From NCBI GenBank assembly GCA_965226435.1, contig CBDDCY010000005.1, forward strand, positions 141,966 through 205,965: a DNA stretch of 64,000 nucleotides, written 5' to 3'. The notes beneath the pieces are model-generated. The model was not told where the DNA came from, searched no databases, and saw nothing but the letters and a program-made list of their open reading frames with translations. Shown here piece by piece: positions 41,602 to 51,808 of this stretch. Numbering within the stretch: the stretch's first letter is position 1; every line of letters starts with the position of its first letter. Made by a program: the position numbers and the translations under genes. The DNA comes from Bryobacterales bacterium. GTDB lineage: Bacteria; Acidobacteriota; Terriglobia; Bryobacterales; UBA6623.

Positions 41602-43341
41602 TCAGCGCGAGTTGGGTTGATCGGAGGGTTGCGATCGTTCGGTGCGGCCGCTTGAGCCCGGCGGCAGGTTGCGGTTGCCGGGTTGTTGCTGATTCGCTCC
41701 CGGGAAGGGATTCCCTGTACGGGGGGTGGATGTTGGTGTCCCCGGTCGCGGCGCCGTGAAGGGATTCGTTGTGCGCGGTTGCCGATTGCTACCGCCGCCG
41801 GGCCGCGGAGAGTAGGACGAGCGGCGCGAGCCTTGACCGTAGTTCGATCCTCCGGGGCGAGGTTGGAAAGCCGAACCCGGCTGCCCCGCGGTCGGATACC
41901 CGGCCGGCACGGCGCGGCCCATGCCAACGCCTCCGCCGGGCGGCCGGCTCATTGTGCGGCTCGAGGACAACCCAGGCTGTCCGCCGGCCATAGGCATTCC
42001 ACCGCCGCCCATGGCTCCCATTCCGCCACCCGCGGCTTGCGCCTCGCGGTAGTCGAAGACGAATTCCCACTCGTTATAGGCTTCGCGTTCCTTGTAGATC
42101 TTGACGCCGCGTTCCTCGGCCTTGCTCGCTACTCCGGCGATGCCCCCGGTAAAAGCCGCCCCGCCGCCGCGGTTTTGCGATGCCCGCAACCCGGCCAAGC
42201 CACCCGGTCGCGGCTGTGTCAGCAACTGCCCAATCACGCTCGCCGCCTGGCCGCCGGCCCCTTGTCCGCCAAACCCCATCGGTCGTTGCCCGGCTTGTCC
42301 GGCCGCCCCCCGGCCTTGGCCCCCGAAGCCGCCTTGCCTTCCCGCGCCGCTTTGTCCGAAGCCGGAACCGCCGCGACGTTGGTTGCCGCGAGACTGCCGA
42401 CGACCCGGGCGGTTCGCGCCCGCGCCGAACCCACCCGGCTGGGGATATCGCGACCGCTGCCCGGCTCCCGGCGGAACTTGGCTGGGCAGCGTGGTTGAGT
42501 AATCGGGATTCCGTCCGGCCGCGGCATCTTGGCCGGTCCCCTGCCGGCCGTTGAGGTCGTTGGGGTCACTGGGCGCCTCCTGTCCGGGGATGCCTCCGAA
42601 TGGTCCGCCTTGACCGAGAACCTCTGGCGCGGCGGACTGCCGCACGGCTCGGGCGCGGTCGGCACCGCGAAAACGCCCGTCCGGCGCGACAAAGCCTTGG
42701 CGGGGATCCGCGTAACCTTGCACAAAACCGCCGGCACCCTGATAGCCCGCTTGTCCCGGGTAAGCTCCGCCTCCCGCCCGGCCGCCCGCGCCGGGAAAAC
42801 CTCCCGCCTGGGGATATCCACTGCCATAGCCACCCGATTGCGCGCCGCCGGAACCGCGCAATCCGCCGCTGTTCTGACCGAAGCCGCCGCCGAAACCAGA
42901 CCCCATGCCGGAACGAGAACCCGCGCCACGCCCGCCGCGAAGGCGCTCTTCCTCGTCTTCGGTGTCATAGACGATCGAGTCCTTGAAGCGCCCGTCGGGA
43001 CCCATGTGCACGATCCGCCATTCGTCTTCGCCGGTGAGCGGGTCTTTGTAGCGCCGCCGCAAATAGCGCACGCCGTTGGTGTCTTCGAGATCGTCGAGTT
43101 CTTGGGGGTACTTCTGATGCTTGCGGTAGTAGAGTTCGATGGCTCGCTTGTATTGCTCGCCGCGGTAGATGAGTGTCTCTTCGCGAATTCGCTGCGCCTC
43201 CATCGCGGCCCGCGGCAGCGTAATCGCCAGTTGCACGGCGATCGCCGCGGCGGTAAACAGCAGCGTCAACAAGACGAATCCGCCTTGATCACGACGGCGG
43301 TCGCGCGGGAGCTTTTCCGACTGGGCTTTGTGCGGCATCAA
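41602..43341 (-). CDS. pseudopilin/GspG-like protein with a ~430-aa Gly/Gln/Arg/Pro-rich low-complexity extension
   Basis: N-terminal hydrophobic helix GGFVLLTLLFTAAAIAVQL, a GspG-like core (YKRAIELYYRKHQKYPQELDDL...YKDPLTGEDEWRIVHMGPDG), then a long GGxGQ/GR-rich tail. Confidence 0.65.
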   Translation of the reverse strand: MMPHKAQSEKLPRDRRRDQGGFVLLTLLFTAAAIAVQLAITLPRAAMEAQRIREETLIYRGEQYKRAIELYYRKHQKYPQELDDLEDTNGVRYLRRRYKDPLTGEDEWRIVHMGPDGRFKDSIVYDTEDEEERLRGGRGAGSRSGMGSGFGGGFGQNSGGLRGSGGAQSGGYGSGYPQAGGFPGAGGRAGGGAYPGQAGYQGAGGFVQGYADPRQGFVAPDGRFRGADRARAVRQSAAPEVLGQGGPFGGIPGQEAPSDPNDLNGRQGTGQDAAAGRNPDYSTTLPSQVPPGAGQRSRYPQPGGFGAGANRPGRRQSRGNQRRGGSGFGQSGAGRQGGFGGQGRGAAGQAGQRPMGFGGQGAGGQAASVIGQLLTQPRPGGLAGLRASQNRGGGAAFTGGIAGVASKAEERGVKIYKEREAYNEWEFVFDYREAQAAGGGMGAMGGGGMPMAGGQPGLSSSRTMSRPPGGGVGMGRAVPAGYPTAGQPGSAFQPRPGGSNYGQGSRRSSYSPRPGGGSNRQPRTTNPFTAPRPGTPTSTPRTGNPFPGANQQQPGNRNLPPGSSGRTERSQPSDQPNSR

Positions 43342-44003
43342 CCTTGCTCAAGCGGCAGCGACTGCTGGTCCTTAAATTGTAGGTCCTGGATTACGATCGA
43401 ATTCACGCCGATGCGGACGACGCGATAGCGTTTCTTGAAAACATCGCCCTCGGTGGCGATGAAAACCTCGTCCTCGTCCCCGATCAAGAAGGCCCGCTTA
43501 CGGGCGTCTTTCGAGGAATTCGCGAAGCCGTAGTATTTCCACTTAATCGGCGGGGCGGTGGGCTTGCGCACGGCGGGTTTGGGCGTTTCGACGGGCTCGG
43601 CGGATATAGCCGCCGCTGCCAGGCGTTCTTGCGCCGTTTTGACTTCCTCCGCCGAAGGTCCGGCGACTTTCGGCTTCTTGCGCTCACCGAAGCGGAATAT
43701 ATCCCGCTCGACGCCTTCGAAGGCGACGGCCCGTACCTTGGCGAGCAGGTCGGTCCGCAACGTCGGGTCGACGGTCATCGGGTCCAGCGGCTCCTCGGAA
43801 CCGCCGAACACGGGACGGCCCGCCGCTCGCCGTGCCGGCGGACGAGCGCGCGTCGAGGCGCGGCCGGACGCCGAACTCGAGGTCCGCGAAGCGCTACGCG
43901 GCGGCGGCGGACCCGACAAAAGCTGGGTATAGACCGAGTACCCCGCAACGGCGGTCAGCACGCCCAGCAAGATGATCTTGTTCTTTTCCGCGCCCAGTTT
44001 CAT
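43338..44003 (-). CDS. hypothetical TM protein of the pilus operon (PilP-position)
   Basis: MKLGAEKNKIILLGVLTAVAGYSVY, then a Pro/Arg/Ser-rich linker. Its 3' end overlaps the downstream pseudopilin-like gene start (ATGA at 43341-43338); the pilO stop lies 41 nt upstream of its ATG. Confidence 0.5.
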   Translation of the reverse strand: MKLGAEKNKIILLGVLTAVAGYSVYTQLLSGPPPPRSASRTSSSASGRASTRARPPARRAAGRPVFGGSEEPLDPMTVDPTLRTDLLAKVRAVAFEGVERDIFRFGERKKPKVAGPSAEEVKTAQERLAAAAISAEPVETPKPAVRKPTAPPIKWKYYGFANSSKDARKRAFLIGDEDEVFIATEGDVFKKRYRVVRIGVNSIVIQDLQFKDQQSLPLEQG

Positions 44004-44043
44004 CGTTTTATCTCTAATCGGCGGTCTATCGGCCGTCTCGGCC

Positions 44044-44634
44044 TCACAAATCCCGAACAAACGTATCGATGCGCATCGTGACCTGCAGATCCGCCGACTC
44101 CGACCGCGGGCTCGCTCCTAATGATTCGATGATCAGAAACTGCTCGGAGCGATCGATCAGGTTCAGGAAGCGCACGATGTTTTCGTAGGAGCCGCGAAAG
44201 TTGGCGTTCATGCGAACGATTCCATAGTCCTCGGTTCCTTCCACCGGCTCGATGTCGTAGGTACGGTCGCGGTCTTCGATCTTCGCTTCGGTCGCCGCGG
44301 CGTTCAACTCGATAACCAGTGTTGAAAAGGTGATTTGGCGACGGATGGTGATGTCCTCGATCAATTCGTCGCCGGTCGAGCGGGCGGTTTCCACCTTGCC
44401 GACCACGTCGCGTAGTTGCTCAGCCGCCTCGCCACGTTGCTCAAGCTGCTGTTCCAAGGCCGCGATGGCGGCGATGGTCTCTTCCTCTCGCGCGTCGAGC
44501 GGACGAACGGCGAACAAATAAAAGGCCAGGTCGAACAGCAACAGCACACCCAACGCCACCGCGATATGGGTGTGCGAGATGCGCCGCGACCACGGTGCGT
44601 TTTGCGCCGGCGTTGTATTAAAGTTGCTGGTCAT
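44044..44634 (-). CDS. pilO: PilO-like pilus assembly protein
   Basis: Single TM helix plus a coiled coil and a C-terminal alpha/beta domain. It occupies the position after pilN. Confidence 0.55.
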   Translation of the reverse strand: MTSNFNTTPAQNAPWSRRISHTHIAVALGVLLLFDLAFYLFAVRPLDAREEETIAAIAALEQQLEQRGEAAEQLRDVVGKVETARSTGDELIEDITIRRQITFSTLVIELNAAATEAKIEDRDRTYDIEPVEGTEDYGIVRMNANFRGSYENIVRFLNLIDRSEQFLIIESLGASPRSESADLQVTMRIDTFVRDL

Positions 44635-45184
44635 AGCTCACCGTCAGTTGATAGCGGAAGAGCGGCTGGTTGTCGCTCGGCGGCGCGCTGCCCCGCAAAT
44701 TGGGCGAGTCAAACAGCTCCGAGGTTTCGAGCGCTACGAGCAACTCGATGAAATCCGCCGGCGTTTCGGCGCCCACCTGCATAGAGAGCGCGACGTTGTG
44801 CGAATCGGTCACCTCGGGGCGGATCTGCATCATCTGCACCCGAGGCGGAAGAATCTTCTCGAGATCGGCGAATGTCTTGGTCCAAGAAATCCCCTTGCGA
44901 TGAAGCAGCCGGTTGAGAAACAACGAACGTTCGAGCACGATGCTGTTGGCGGGGTCTTGGAGAGTCCCGCGTAGTTTCACTTCCTCGGCGCCGAGCGCGG
45001 CTAACTTCGCGCGCAGCTCGGCTTGACGCGCCGTCAGCTCGGGCGGCAATTCGCGTTGTTGGGAATAGACGACGATCATCACGACCGCCGCCGCGGTCAG
45101 CAATACCGCCGCGAGCCCAGACAGCACGCCCACCAGACGCCTTCGTCCGAAGGGCCGGGTCGCCATATTGAGTTCAAATCGCAC
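44618..45184 (-). CDS. pilN: PilN-like fimbrial assembly protein
   Basis: N-terminal ELNMATRPF, then a TM helix, coiled coil and PilN-like C-terminus. It occupies the position after pilM. Confidence 0.6.
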   Translation of the reverse strand: MRFELNMATRPFGRRRLVGVLSGLAAVLLTAAAVVMIVVYSQQRELPPELTARQAELRAKLAALGAEEVKLRGTLQDPANSIVLERSLFLNRLLHRKGISWTKTFADLEKILPPRVQMMQIRPEVTDSHNVALSMQVGAETPADFIELLVALETSELFDSPNLRGSAPPSDNQPLFRYQLTVSYDQQL

Positions 45185-45196
45185 GCGTTCCCTTCC

Positions 45197-46108
45197 TTAA
45201 TTCTGACTCAAGAAGCCTTCAATGCCCGCGTCCCGCGCCCCGGCCGGGCCGGCGGCGGACCGCAGCGGCTCGACCTCGCAGCCGAGTTCGCCCGGCAGCC
45301 GAGTCAGCGCGCTATCGAGCAGACCGTCGAAACCACTCAAGATCAACTTCGTGACCGGGCGGCGTAGATTGTCGGCGATAAACACGAACGTGGGGTAGAG
45401 GTCCGCGATCATCTCGTCGATCACGGCGTTGGGGTCGCCCCCCGCGCCCGGTTCCACGCCCGGCGTCAGCTCGATGCTGCGTACCATGCGCGCGGCCTCG
45501 TCATCGAGCGCGATCATGGTCAACGAACTTTCCGAAAGTTTGACGAACAAACTCATTCCGCCGGTCGGCACGAGATTCAACGCCGCCACGGTCGACAGCG
45601 CGACATGGCCCGGCTGTAGCCCGAGCGCTTCGAGCGGCTGCTCGTACTGTTCAATAATTTCCCCCGGCGTCGCCGCCGCCAACACCGCGAATCCGCCCTC
45701 GATTTTCCAGACCTGGTGGGCTACCCGCGCACTCTCCACATCGAACGGCACGGCCTTCTTCAATCGAAAGCGAATCAGTTGCAGCCGCTCTTTCCCATCG
45801 CTCGGCAGATGATCGAAATCAAGAACCGTCAGCCGGGAAGAAGCATCGGGCAGAATCAACGCCGCGTCGGGGCGTTTCACGGGTCCAAGCTCGGCCCAGA
45901 CTTCGTGCACGGCTTGCGCCAGGATCTCAGGCTGCTGAACGTTCGGCTTGCCCGGCGACGGCTCGATCACGCCCGCTTCGACGGCGCGATAGGCTCGCGC
46001 CCGCGGCTCGAACGTCTTCGAATCCAGACGCACCCCGGCCACGCCGCGCGGGCCGATCTCAAAGGCCAGCAAGGGAGGGGGATCTTGGAATAGGCGTTGT
46101 AGGAACAT
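45197..46108 (-). CDS. pilM: PilM-like (actin-fold) pilus assembly protein
   Basis: 303 aa; placement and length fit PilM. LAFEIGPRGVAGVRLD N-terminal strand. Confidence 0.7.
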   Translation of the reverse strand: MFLQRLFQDPPPLLAFEIGPRGVAGVRLDSKTFEPRARAYRAVEAGVIEPSPGKPNVQQPEILAQAVHEVWAELGPVKRPDAALILPDASSRLTVLDFDHLPSDGKERLQLIRFRLKKAVPFDVESARVAHQVWKIEGGFAVLAAATPGEIIEQYEQPLEALGLQPGHVALSTVAALNLVPTGGMSLFVKLSESSLTMIALDDEAARMVRSIELTPGVEPGAGGDPNAVIDEMIADLYPTFVFIADNLRRPVTKLILSGFDGLLDSALTRLPGELGCEVEPLRSAAGPAGARDAGIEGFLSQN

Positions 46109-46173
46109 GGCTCGTTTCGCCGAAGTAGGTGTCGCCGAATCACGTGGATCGGCGTCACGTGGATCGGCGACAG

Positions 46174-47793
46174 CTACTCAATAAACGTCACCTTATTGAT
46201 CTCGCGCAGCGTCGTTAGCCCGTCGCGCACTCTCTCGATCGCGGACTCGCGCAGCGTCGCTAAACCTTCTTTGCGGGCCTCGCGCAAGATCTCCGAGGAA
46301 GGTTTCCTCGCGAGAATCAGCTCGCGAATGTGGTCCGACATGTCGAGCAATTCATGAATCGCCGTGCGGCCCCGGAATCCCGTTCCGGCGCATTCGATGC
46401 AACCCTCGCCCTCGGCGAACTCGAAATCGCGCCACTTGGCGGGGTCCATGCCGCCATCCTCCAACACCTTGTCGGAGTAGCGCACGCGCGTCTTGCAGTG
46501 CTCGCAGACGAGACGCACCAGCCGCTGCGCCAAGATGCAGTTCAGCGCCGAGACGAAGTTATACGCCTCGACTCCCATATTGAGGAAGCGTCCCAGCACG
46601 TCGACCACGTTATTGGCGTGCACGGTCGTGAAGACCAAGTGCCCGGTCAGCGCCGATTGGGTCGCGATCTGAGCTGTTTCCGAGTCACGAATCTCGCCGA
46701 CCATGATCTTGTCGGGGTCATGCCGCAAGATCGAGCGCAAGCCGCGCGCGAACGTCAGCCCCTTCTTTTCGTTGACGGGAATTTGCGTAATGCCGTGGAG
46801 CTGATATTCGACCGGGTCTTCGATGGTGACGATCTTGTCTTCGTCGGTCTTGATTTCGCTCAGCGCCGCGTAGAGCGTGGTGGTCTTGCCGCTGCCGGTC
46901 GGCCCGGTGACCAGCACCATGCCGTAGGGCTCGTAGATGTAGCGGCGAAACATCTTACGGTCGTTGTCGGAAAAGCCGACGACGTCGAGCGAGAGCTGCT
47001 TGAATTTCTCGCTCATCGACTCTTTGTCGAGTACGCGCAGCACGGCGTCCTCGCCGTGAACGGTCGGCATGATCGAGACGCGGAAATCGATTTGACGGGC
47101 TTTGTAACGCACCCGGAAGCGGCCGTCTTGGGGAACGCGGTTTTCGGCGATGTCGAGTTCCGACATCACTTTGATACGCGAAATGATCGTCTGATGCCAG
47201 TCTTTCGAGATCGGCGGCATGGCGTAATGCAGCACGCCGTCGATGCGATATTTGATGGCGACTTCGGCGTTGCGGGTTTCGATGTGAATGTCGCTGGCGC
47301 GCCGCTCGAGCGCGTTGAAAATTGTCGTATCGACCAGACGAATGACGGGGCTGATGTGGTCGTCGCCAGTGAGCTTTTCGATCGACAGCGTCTCGTCGGA
47401 CCCGTCGTCGCGAACAACGTCGAGGATGAAGTCCTCGGTCACTTCCTCGAGTACGCGTTGCGATTGCTCGGTCTTCTTGAGCAGGTCGTCGATCTGCGTC
47501 AGCGTCGCCACGCGGATGCGAATCTTCTTGCCGAGCAGCAGCGAAATTTCATCGAGCGCCGGCAGTTGGCGCGGATCGGCGATCGCGATCTCGAGAGTCC
47601 CGTTCCGAGCACCGACGGGGACGAAGCTGTAACGGAACATCAGCTCGACGGGAATCGAGCGAAACAGCTCGGCGTCGATATGCACTTCGTTCAGATCCAC
47701 GAACGGATAGCGATAGCGCTCGGCCAGCGAACGGGCTTGCTCTTCCTCGGCCGCCGGATCTAGTTGAGGCGGTTGCTGTTCGGCGCTAGCCAT
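46174..47793 (-). CDS. pilB: GspE/PilB-family secretion ATPase
   Basis: GPTGSGKTT Walker A, Asp/His boxes, and a CxxC...CxxC tetracysteine (CEHC...CIEC). Confidence 0.93.
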   Translation of the reverse strand: MASAEQQPPQLDPAAEEEQARSLAERYRYPFVDLNEVHIDAELFRSIPVELMFRYSFVPVGARNGTLEIAIADPRQLPALDEISLLLGKKIRIRVATLTQIDDLLKKTEQSQRVLEEVTEDFILDVVRDDGSDETLSIEKLTGDDHISPVIRLVDTTIFNALERRASDIHIETRNAEVAIKYRIDGVLHYAMPPISKDWHQTIISRIKVMSELDIAENRVPQDGRFRVRYKARQIDFRVSIMPTVHGEDAVLRVLDKESMSEKFKQLSLDVVGFSDNDRKMFRRYIYEPYGMVLVTGPTGSGKTTTLYAALSEIKTDEDKIVTIEDPVEYQLHGITQIPVNEKKGLTFARGLRSILRHDPDKIMVGEIRDSETAQIATQSALTGHLVFTTVHANNVVDVLGRFLNMGVEAYNFVSALNCILAQRLVRLVCEHCKTRVRYSDKVLEDGGMDPAKWRDFEFAEGEGCIECAGTGFRGRTAIHELLDMSDHIRELILARKPSSEILREARKEGLATLRESAIERVRDGLTTLREINKVTFIE

Positions 47794-47849
47794 GGTTTTC
47801 TCTGATCATTCCTAATTCGGTTCACGGCCCGACGGTTCACGGCTCACGG

Positions 47850-49052
47850 TTAGATCCTCTCCGCCAAACTGAAGATCGGCAGATAGAGCGACACCAACAC
47901 GAAGGCCACGAAGATGCCCATGAAAATCATGATGGCGGGTTCGATCAGCGACATCACGGCGGCCATGTGCGTGCTCACGTCGTCGTCGAAAAACTCCGCC
48001 ACCGAGTTGAGCATTTCCGGCAACGCCCCGGTCGATTCACCCACGTGAATCATTTCGACCGCCAAGGACGGAAAAACCCCGGCGGCGATCAAGGCTTTGG
48101 AAAGCGACTGCCCCTCGGTCACCTTCTCGCGCGCCCCGCTCATTGTTTCCCGAAGCAAGCGCGAGCCCAGCGACTGCCCCGTGGTATCGAGCGCCTGCAC
48201 CAGCGGGATCCCACCCGCCAGCAAAGTGCTTAACAAACGGCAAAGTTGCGAAACCTGATACTTGATCCAAATCTGTCCGAAAAAGGGAACTCGCAGCTTG
48301 ACGCGGTCCATCGAGTCGCGCACGGTTTCGGAGCGCATCCACATCACCAGCAGTCCGACCAAGCCCGCGGTCGCCGCCGCGATGAGCATCAGGTTTTCGC
48401 TCACCGTTACGCCGATCGACACCAGCAATTGCGTCATGTAGGGCAGATCGGCCCCCATGCTGTCGTAGAGCCCGGCGAATTCCGGCACGACGAAGGTCAC
48501 CAGGAAAACCACCATGACCACGACCAGCGTCACCAAGACCGTCGGATAGATCAGCGAAACCAAGATCTTTTTGCGCACCGACAGCGACAGCTTTTGGTGC
48601 TGCACATAGCGGTCGATCACTTCCGGTAGGCTGCCGCTCTTTTCCCCGGCCATCAGCGAAGTTGTATAAATCGGCGGGAAAACCCCCTGCACCCGAAAAG
48701 CCTCCGACAGCGGCGTGCCGGTCCGCACTTGGGCATGGACCGCGTTCAAGTGGGCCGCCAAGCGCCGATGCTTTGTGTTCTCGGCCAGCAACTCGAGCGA
48801 TCGCGGAATCGGCAAGCCCGCGCGCGTCAGCGTCACGAACTGCTGATTGAAGATGACGAAGTGCTCGAGGTTGAGCCGGCCGCCCCGGCCGCTGACACCT
48901 TCCAAGGTCAGCGAACGATGCGGCTTGACCGAATAGAGCAGCAACCCTTGCTCGGCATACTTGCGGCGCAACGCCCCTTCGGAATCCGAGGTCTCGATTT
49001 GCCGCCGGACCCGGCCCTGCGCGTCGGCGAACTTGCAAACGAATTCCGGCAT
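47850..49052 (-). CDS. pilC: GspF/PilC-family inner-membrane platform protein
   Basis: Two T2SF repeats (...GESTGALPEML... and ...GEKSGSLPEVI...). 400 aa. Confidence 0.92.
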   Translation of the reverse strand: MPEFVCKFADAQGRVRRQIETSDSEGALRRKYAEQGLLLYSVKPHRSLTLEGVSGRGGRLNLEHFVIFNQQFVTLTRAGLPIPRSLELLAENTKHRRLAAHLNAVHAQVRTGTPLSEAFRVQGVFPPIYTTSLMAGEKSGSLPEVIDRYVQHQKLSLSVRKKILVSLIYPTVLVTLVVVMVVFLVTFVVPEFAGLYDSMGADLPYMTQLLVSIGVTVSENLMLIAAATAGLVGLLVMWMRSETVRDSMDRVKLRVPFFGQIWIKYQVSQLCRLLSTLLAGGIPLVQALDTTGQSLGSRLLRETMSGAREKVTEGQSLSKALIAAGVFPSLAVEMIHVGESTGALPEMLNSVAEFFDDDVSTHMAAVMSLIEPAIMIFMGIFVAFVLVSLYLPIFSLAERI

Positions 49053-49741
49053 CAGCGGTCGCCCCCCGCGAAGCTTTCATCGAGAATGTCCGCGCCCGCC
49101 GGGGCCTCGAATTGAAACAGCGCCGCGGCGAGGGGCGCGTTGACTTTTTCATCGCGGAACTCGAAAGTCGTGATGCTTTGGTCCTGCCCGTGCACCTTGA
49201 TCCGCAGCAACCGGTAGTCGCCGGGGTCGTAGCTGAACTCCACGCGGCTGTAAGCTTCCTTGCCGCCGCGGCTGTCGGCGAGCAGAACCGAGCGGTCTTG
49301 TTGTTTCTCCAACCGTAGATTGCGGAACTGACGCCGCAAGCGCAAACGCCCCAGCAAGAACGACAACGGAGCCCGCAAATCCGCCGTCGCACCGGACTTG
49401 ATGCGGCGAACTTGGTTCGTTCGCGGACTGTACATCCGCATCACTTCGCCGTCGCCGACAAGCAGCTTGCCCTCGGGTTGCGCGTAGTCCCAGCGCATTT
49501 TCGACGGCCGCAGCAGGTAGAGCGTCCCCTGCTCGTGAACCGGTGGCCGCGAACCAAACTCAATGCGCTGCTCGAAGCCGACCGTCAGCGTCGCCAGCGA
49601 GTTGTAGCGCCGCTCGATGCGAGAAGCCACATCGCCCACGCTCGGGTCGGCCGCGAGGATCGGACTCGAAAGGCCGAGCAGCCCCGCCAAGGCGCAAGTC
49701 AAACTAAGCGACACCGTCACACTAAGGTTGACGTTCGTCAC
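49052..49741 (-). CDS. LolA-like outer-membrane lipoprotein carrier/sorting protein
   Basis: Signal peptide, then RYNSLATLTVGFEQ...GTLYLLRPSKMRWDY...LLVGDGEVMRMYSPRTNQV. Its stop overlaps the pilC start (ATGA). Confidence 0.7.
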   Translation of the reverse strand: MTNVNLSVTVSLSLTCALAGLLGLSSPILAADPSVGDVASRIERRYNSLATLTVGFEQRIEFGSRPPVHEQGTLYLLRPSKMRWDYAQPEGKLLVGDGEVMRMYSPRTNQVRRIKSGATADLRAPLSFLLGRLRLRRQFRNLRLEKQQDRSVLLADSRGGKEAYSRVEFSYDPGDYRLLRIKVHGQDQSITTFEFRDEKVNAPLAAALFQFEAPAGADILDESFAGGDR

Positions 49742-49814
49742 GCCGCCGACGTGTAAGGAAATTTGGAAACTGGATCGAAACTGATGACAACGACGCGCGC
49801 CGGCGTGGACAGGA

Positions 49815-50297
49815 TTACCCTTCGCCGCCGTCGTGCATTTGCTGCGAGAGGTAAACGCCGATGCCCATCTCCTCGATCATGCCGAGCTGAGCTTCGAGCC
49901 AATCGACGTGTTGTTCTTCGTCGACGAGAATTTTCTCGAAAAGATCACGGGACGCATTGTCGTTAGCGGCCACGGCGTGATTGATCGCTCCATTGAGACG
50001 AGGGATCGCCTGCAACTCCAACGCCATGTCGTTTTCGATCTGGGACTTGACGTCTTGGCCGATCTTGATCGCGAACATGTCCGCCATATTCGGCATGCCT
50101 TCGAGGAATAGGATGCGTTCGATCAGCGCTTCGGCATGGCGCATCTCGTCGATGGCCTCTTTCTTAATGTAGCCGGCGAGCCTGCCATAGCCCCAGTTCT
50201 CACACATCTCGCTGTGGCAGAAATATTGGTTGATCGACGTCAACTCGGCTTTGAGCAGTTCGTTGAGATCTTCGATGACTTTGGGGTCGCCTTGCAT
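49815..50297 (-). CDS. bfr: bacterioferritin
   Basis: MQGDPKVIEDLNELLKAELTSINQYFCHSEMCENWGY...EMRHAEALIERILFLEG. ATG at 50297 with GGAGGA upstream. Confidence 0.92.
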   Translation of the reverse strand: MQGDPKVIEDLNELLKAELTSINQYFCHSEMCENWGYGRLAGYIKKEAIDEMRHAEALIERILFLEGMPNMADMFAIKIGQDVKSQIENDMALELQAIPRLNGAINHAVAANDNASRDLFEKILVDEEQHVDWLEAQLGMIEEMGIGVYLSQQMHDGGEG

Positions 50298-50445
50298 GCT
50301 GGTTCCTCCCGGCGGGGCTCTTTCGAATGGGGCCCCGAATTTCGAAAATAGAGACTTTATTGTAACGAATGGATTGAGCCGCGCCGGGGCTTTGTACACT
50401 AGAAACGAACTTGGCGGGCGCGAGGCGACCGAGGTGAACGAGGGA

Positions 50446-51726
50446 ATGAACAACGGACGAGGGGGCAACGGGATCGCACTCAAGTTGGCGCCGGCGGCGA
50501 CAGCGACGTGGCTGCTGTTCGCCGCCCCGGCGATGGCCGACGGCGGCGAACTCGATCGGCCTTGGGCGCGGCATACGATCGACGATTCCTCGCGGGGCGC
50601 CGATGGAGTACGGTTGGGCGACGTGAATGGCGACGGGCTCCCCGACATCGTGACCGGCTGGGAAGAGGGCGGGCGGATTCGGGTTTATATTCATCCCGGA
50701 AAGAGCGCGGTCAAACGGAGATGGCCCGCCGTGACGGTTGGGGAGGTGACCAAACCGGAAGACGCCGTTTTCGCGGATCTCGACGGTGACGGCGCGCTGG
50801 ACGTCGTCAGCTCGACGGAGGGCGAGACGCGGACGATTTTCGTTCACTGGGCGCCCACGGCGAAAGAACGCTATCTCGATGCCGCGGCTTGGAAGACGGC
50901 GGCGGTGCCGGCTTCGAAGTCCGTTACACAGTGGATGTTTTCGTTGCCGCTCCGGATGGACCGGCGCGGCGGATTGGATCTGGTGGCGGGTTCCAAGAAC
51001 GAGGGCGGGGAGATTAGTTGGTTCGAGGCGGCGGGGGATGCGGTTCGGGACCTGGGCGCTTGGCGAAGACATCCGCTTTACAAGGCCGGATGGATTATGT
51101 CGCTCGAGGCCTATGACGTCGATGGCGACGGCGATCTCGACATCCTGGCGAGCGATCGCAAGGGGCCGAGGCGGGGGTGTTTGTGGCTTGAACGGCCGGG
51201 TGGCGGCGAATCGGGCGCGGCGACATCCGACGGCGCGGGCGCCGCCCCGTGGCGGGAGCACCGTATTGGGTCAACAGGCGATTACGAGGCGATGTTTCTG
51301 ACCGTCGCCGATCTCGATCGAGACTGGCTCGATGACATTCTTGTCGCGGTGCGCGGGGGGCCAATCCGCTATTTTCGGCGGGCCAAGTGGTCGCCCCCGG
51401 AGTGGGAAACGCATACGATCGAGCTTCCGCCCGGCAGCGGCACCGGCAAGAGCGTGGCGGTCGGGGACATCGATCGAGACGGCAAGCCGGATGTCGTTTT
51501 TTCCTGTGAAAACGCGTTTGACTCGAAAGCGGGAGTGATGTGGATGTCGTACGGCAAGACACCGGTCGACGCGGATTGGAAGCACCATGCCATCAGCGGC
51601 CCCGAGGGCGTGAAGTTTGATCTCGTAAAGCTCGTCGACCTCGATGACGACGGCGACCTGGATGTAATTACGTGCGAAGAAAGCGCGAACCTGGGAGTGA
51701 TTTGGTATGAGAATCCGCTGTTGTGA
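50446..51726 (+). CDS. FG-GAP/VCBS repeat protein, secreted
   Basis: Repeated DxDGDGxxD motifs (GDVNGDGLPDIV, ADLDGDGALDVV, YDVDGDGDLDIL, GDIDRDGKPDVV, VDLDDDGDLDVI). Confidence 0.8.
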   Translation: MNNGRGGNGIALKLAPAATATWLLFAAPAMADGGELDRPWARHTIDDSSRGADGVRLGDVNGDGLPDIVTGWEEGGRIRVYIHPGKSAVKRRWPAVTVGEVTKPEDAVFADLDGDGALDVVSSTEGETRTIFVHWAPTAKERYLDAAAWKTAAVPASKSVTQWMFSLPLRMDRRGGLDLVAGSKNEGGEISWFEAAGDAVRDLGAWRRHPLYKAGWIMSLEAYDVDGDGDLDILASDRKGPRRGCLWLERPGGGESGAATSDGAGAAPWREHRIGSTGDYEAMFLTVADLDRDWLDDILVAVRGGPIRYFRRAKWSPPEWETHTIELPPGSGTGKSVAVGDIDRDGKPDVVFSCENAFDSKAGVMWMSYGKTPVDADWKHHAISGPEGVKFDLVKLVDLDDDGDLDVITCEESANLGVIWYENPLL

Positions 51727-51808
51727 CGTCCATGCCGCCGGTTGGCGCGGCGGTCGCCGCGTCGGCCGGCCCGCCGCGCCGCGCCGCACGTAGAATGGAA
51801 ACTGCCCC

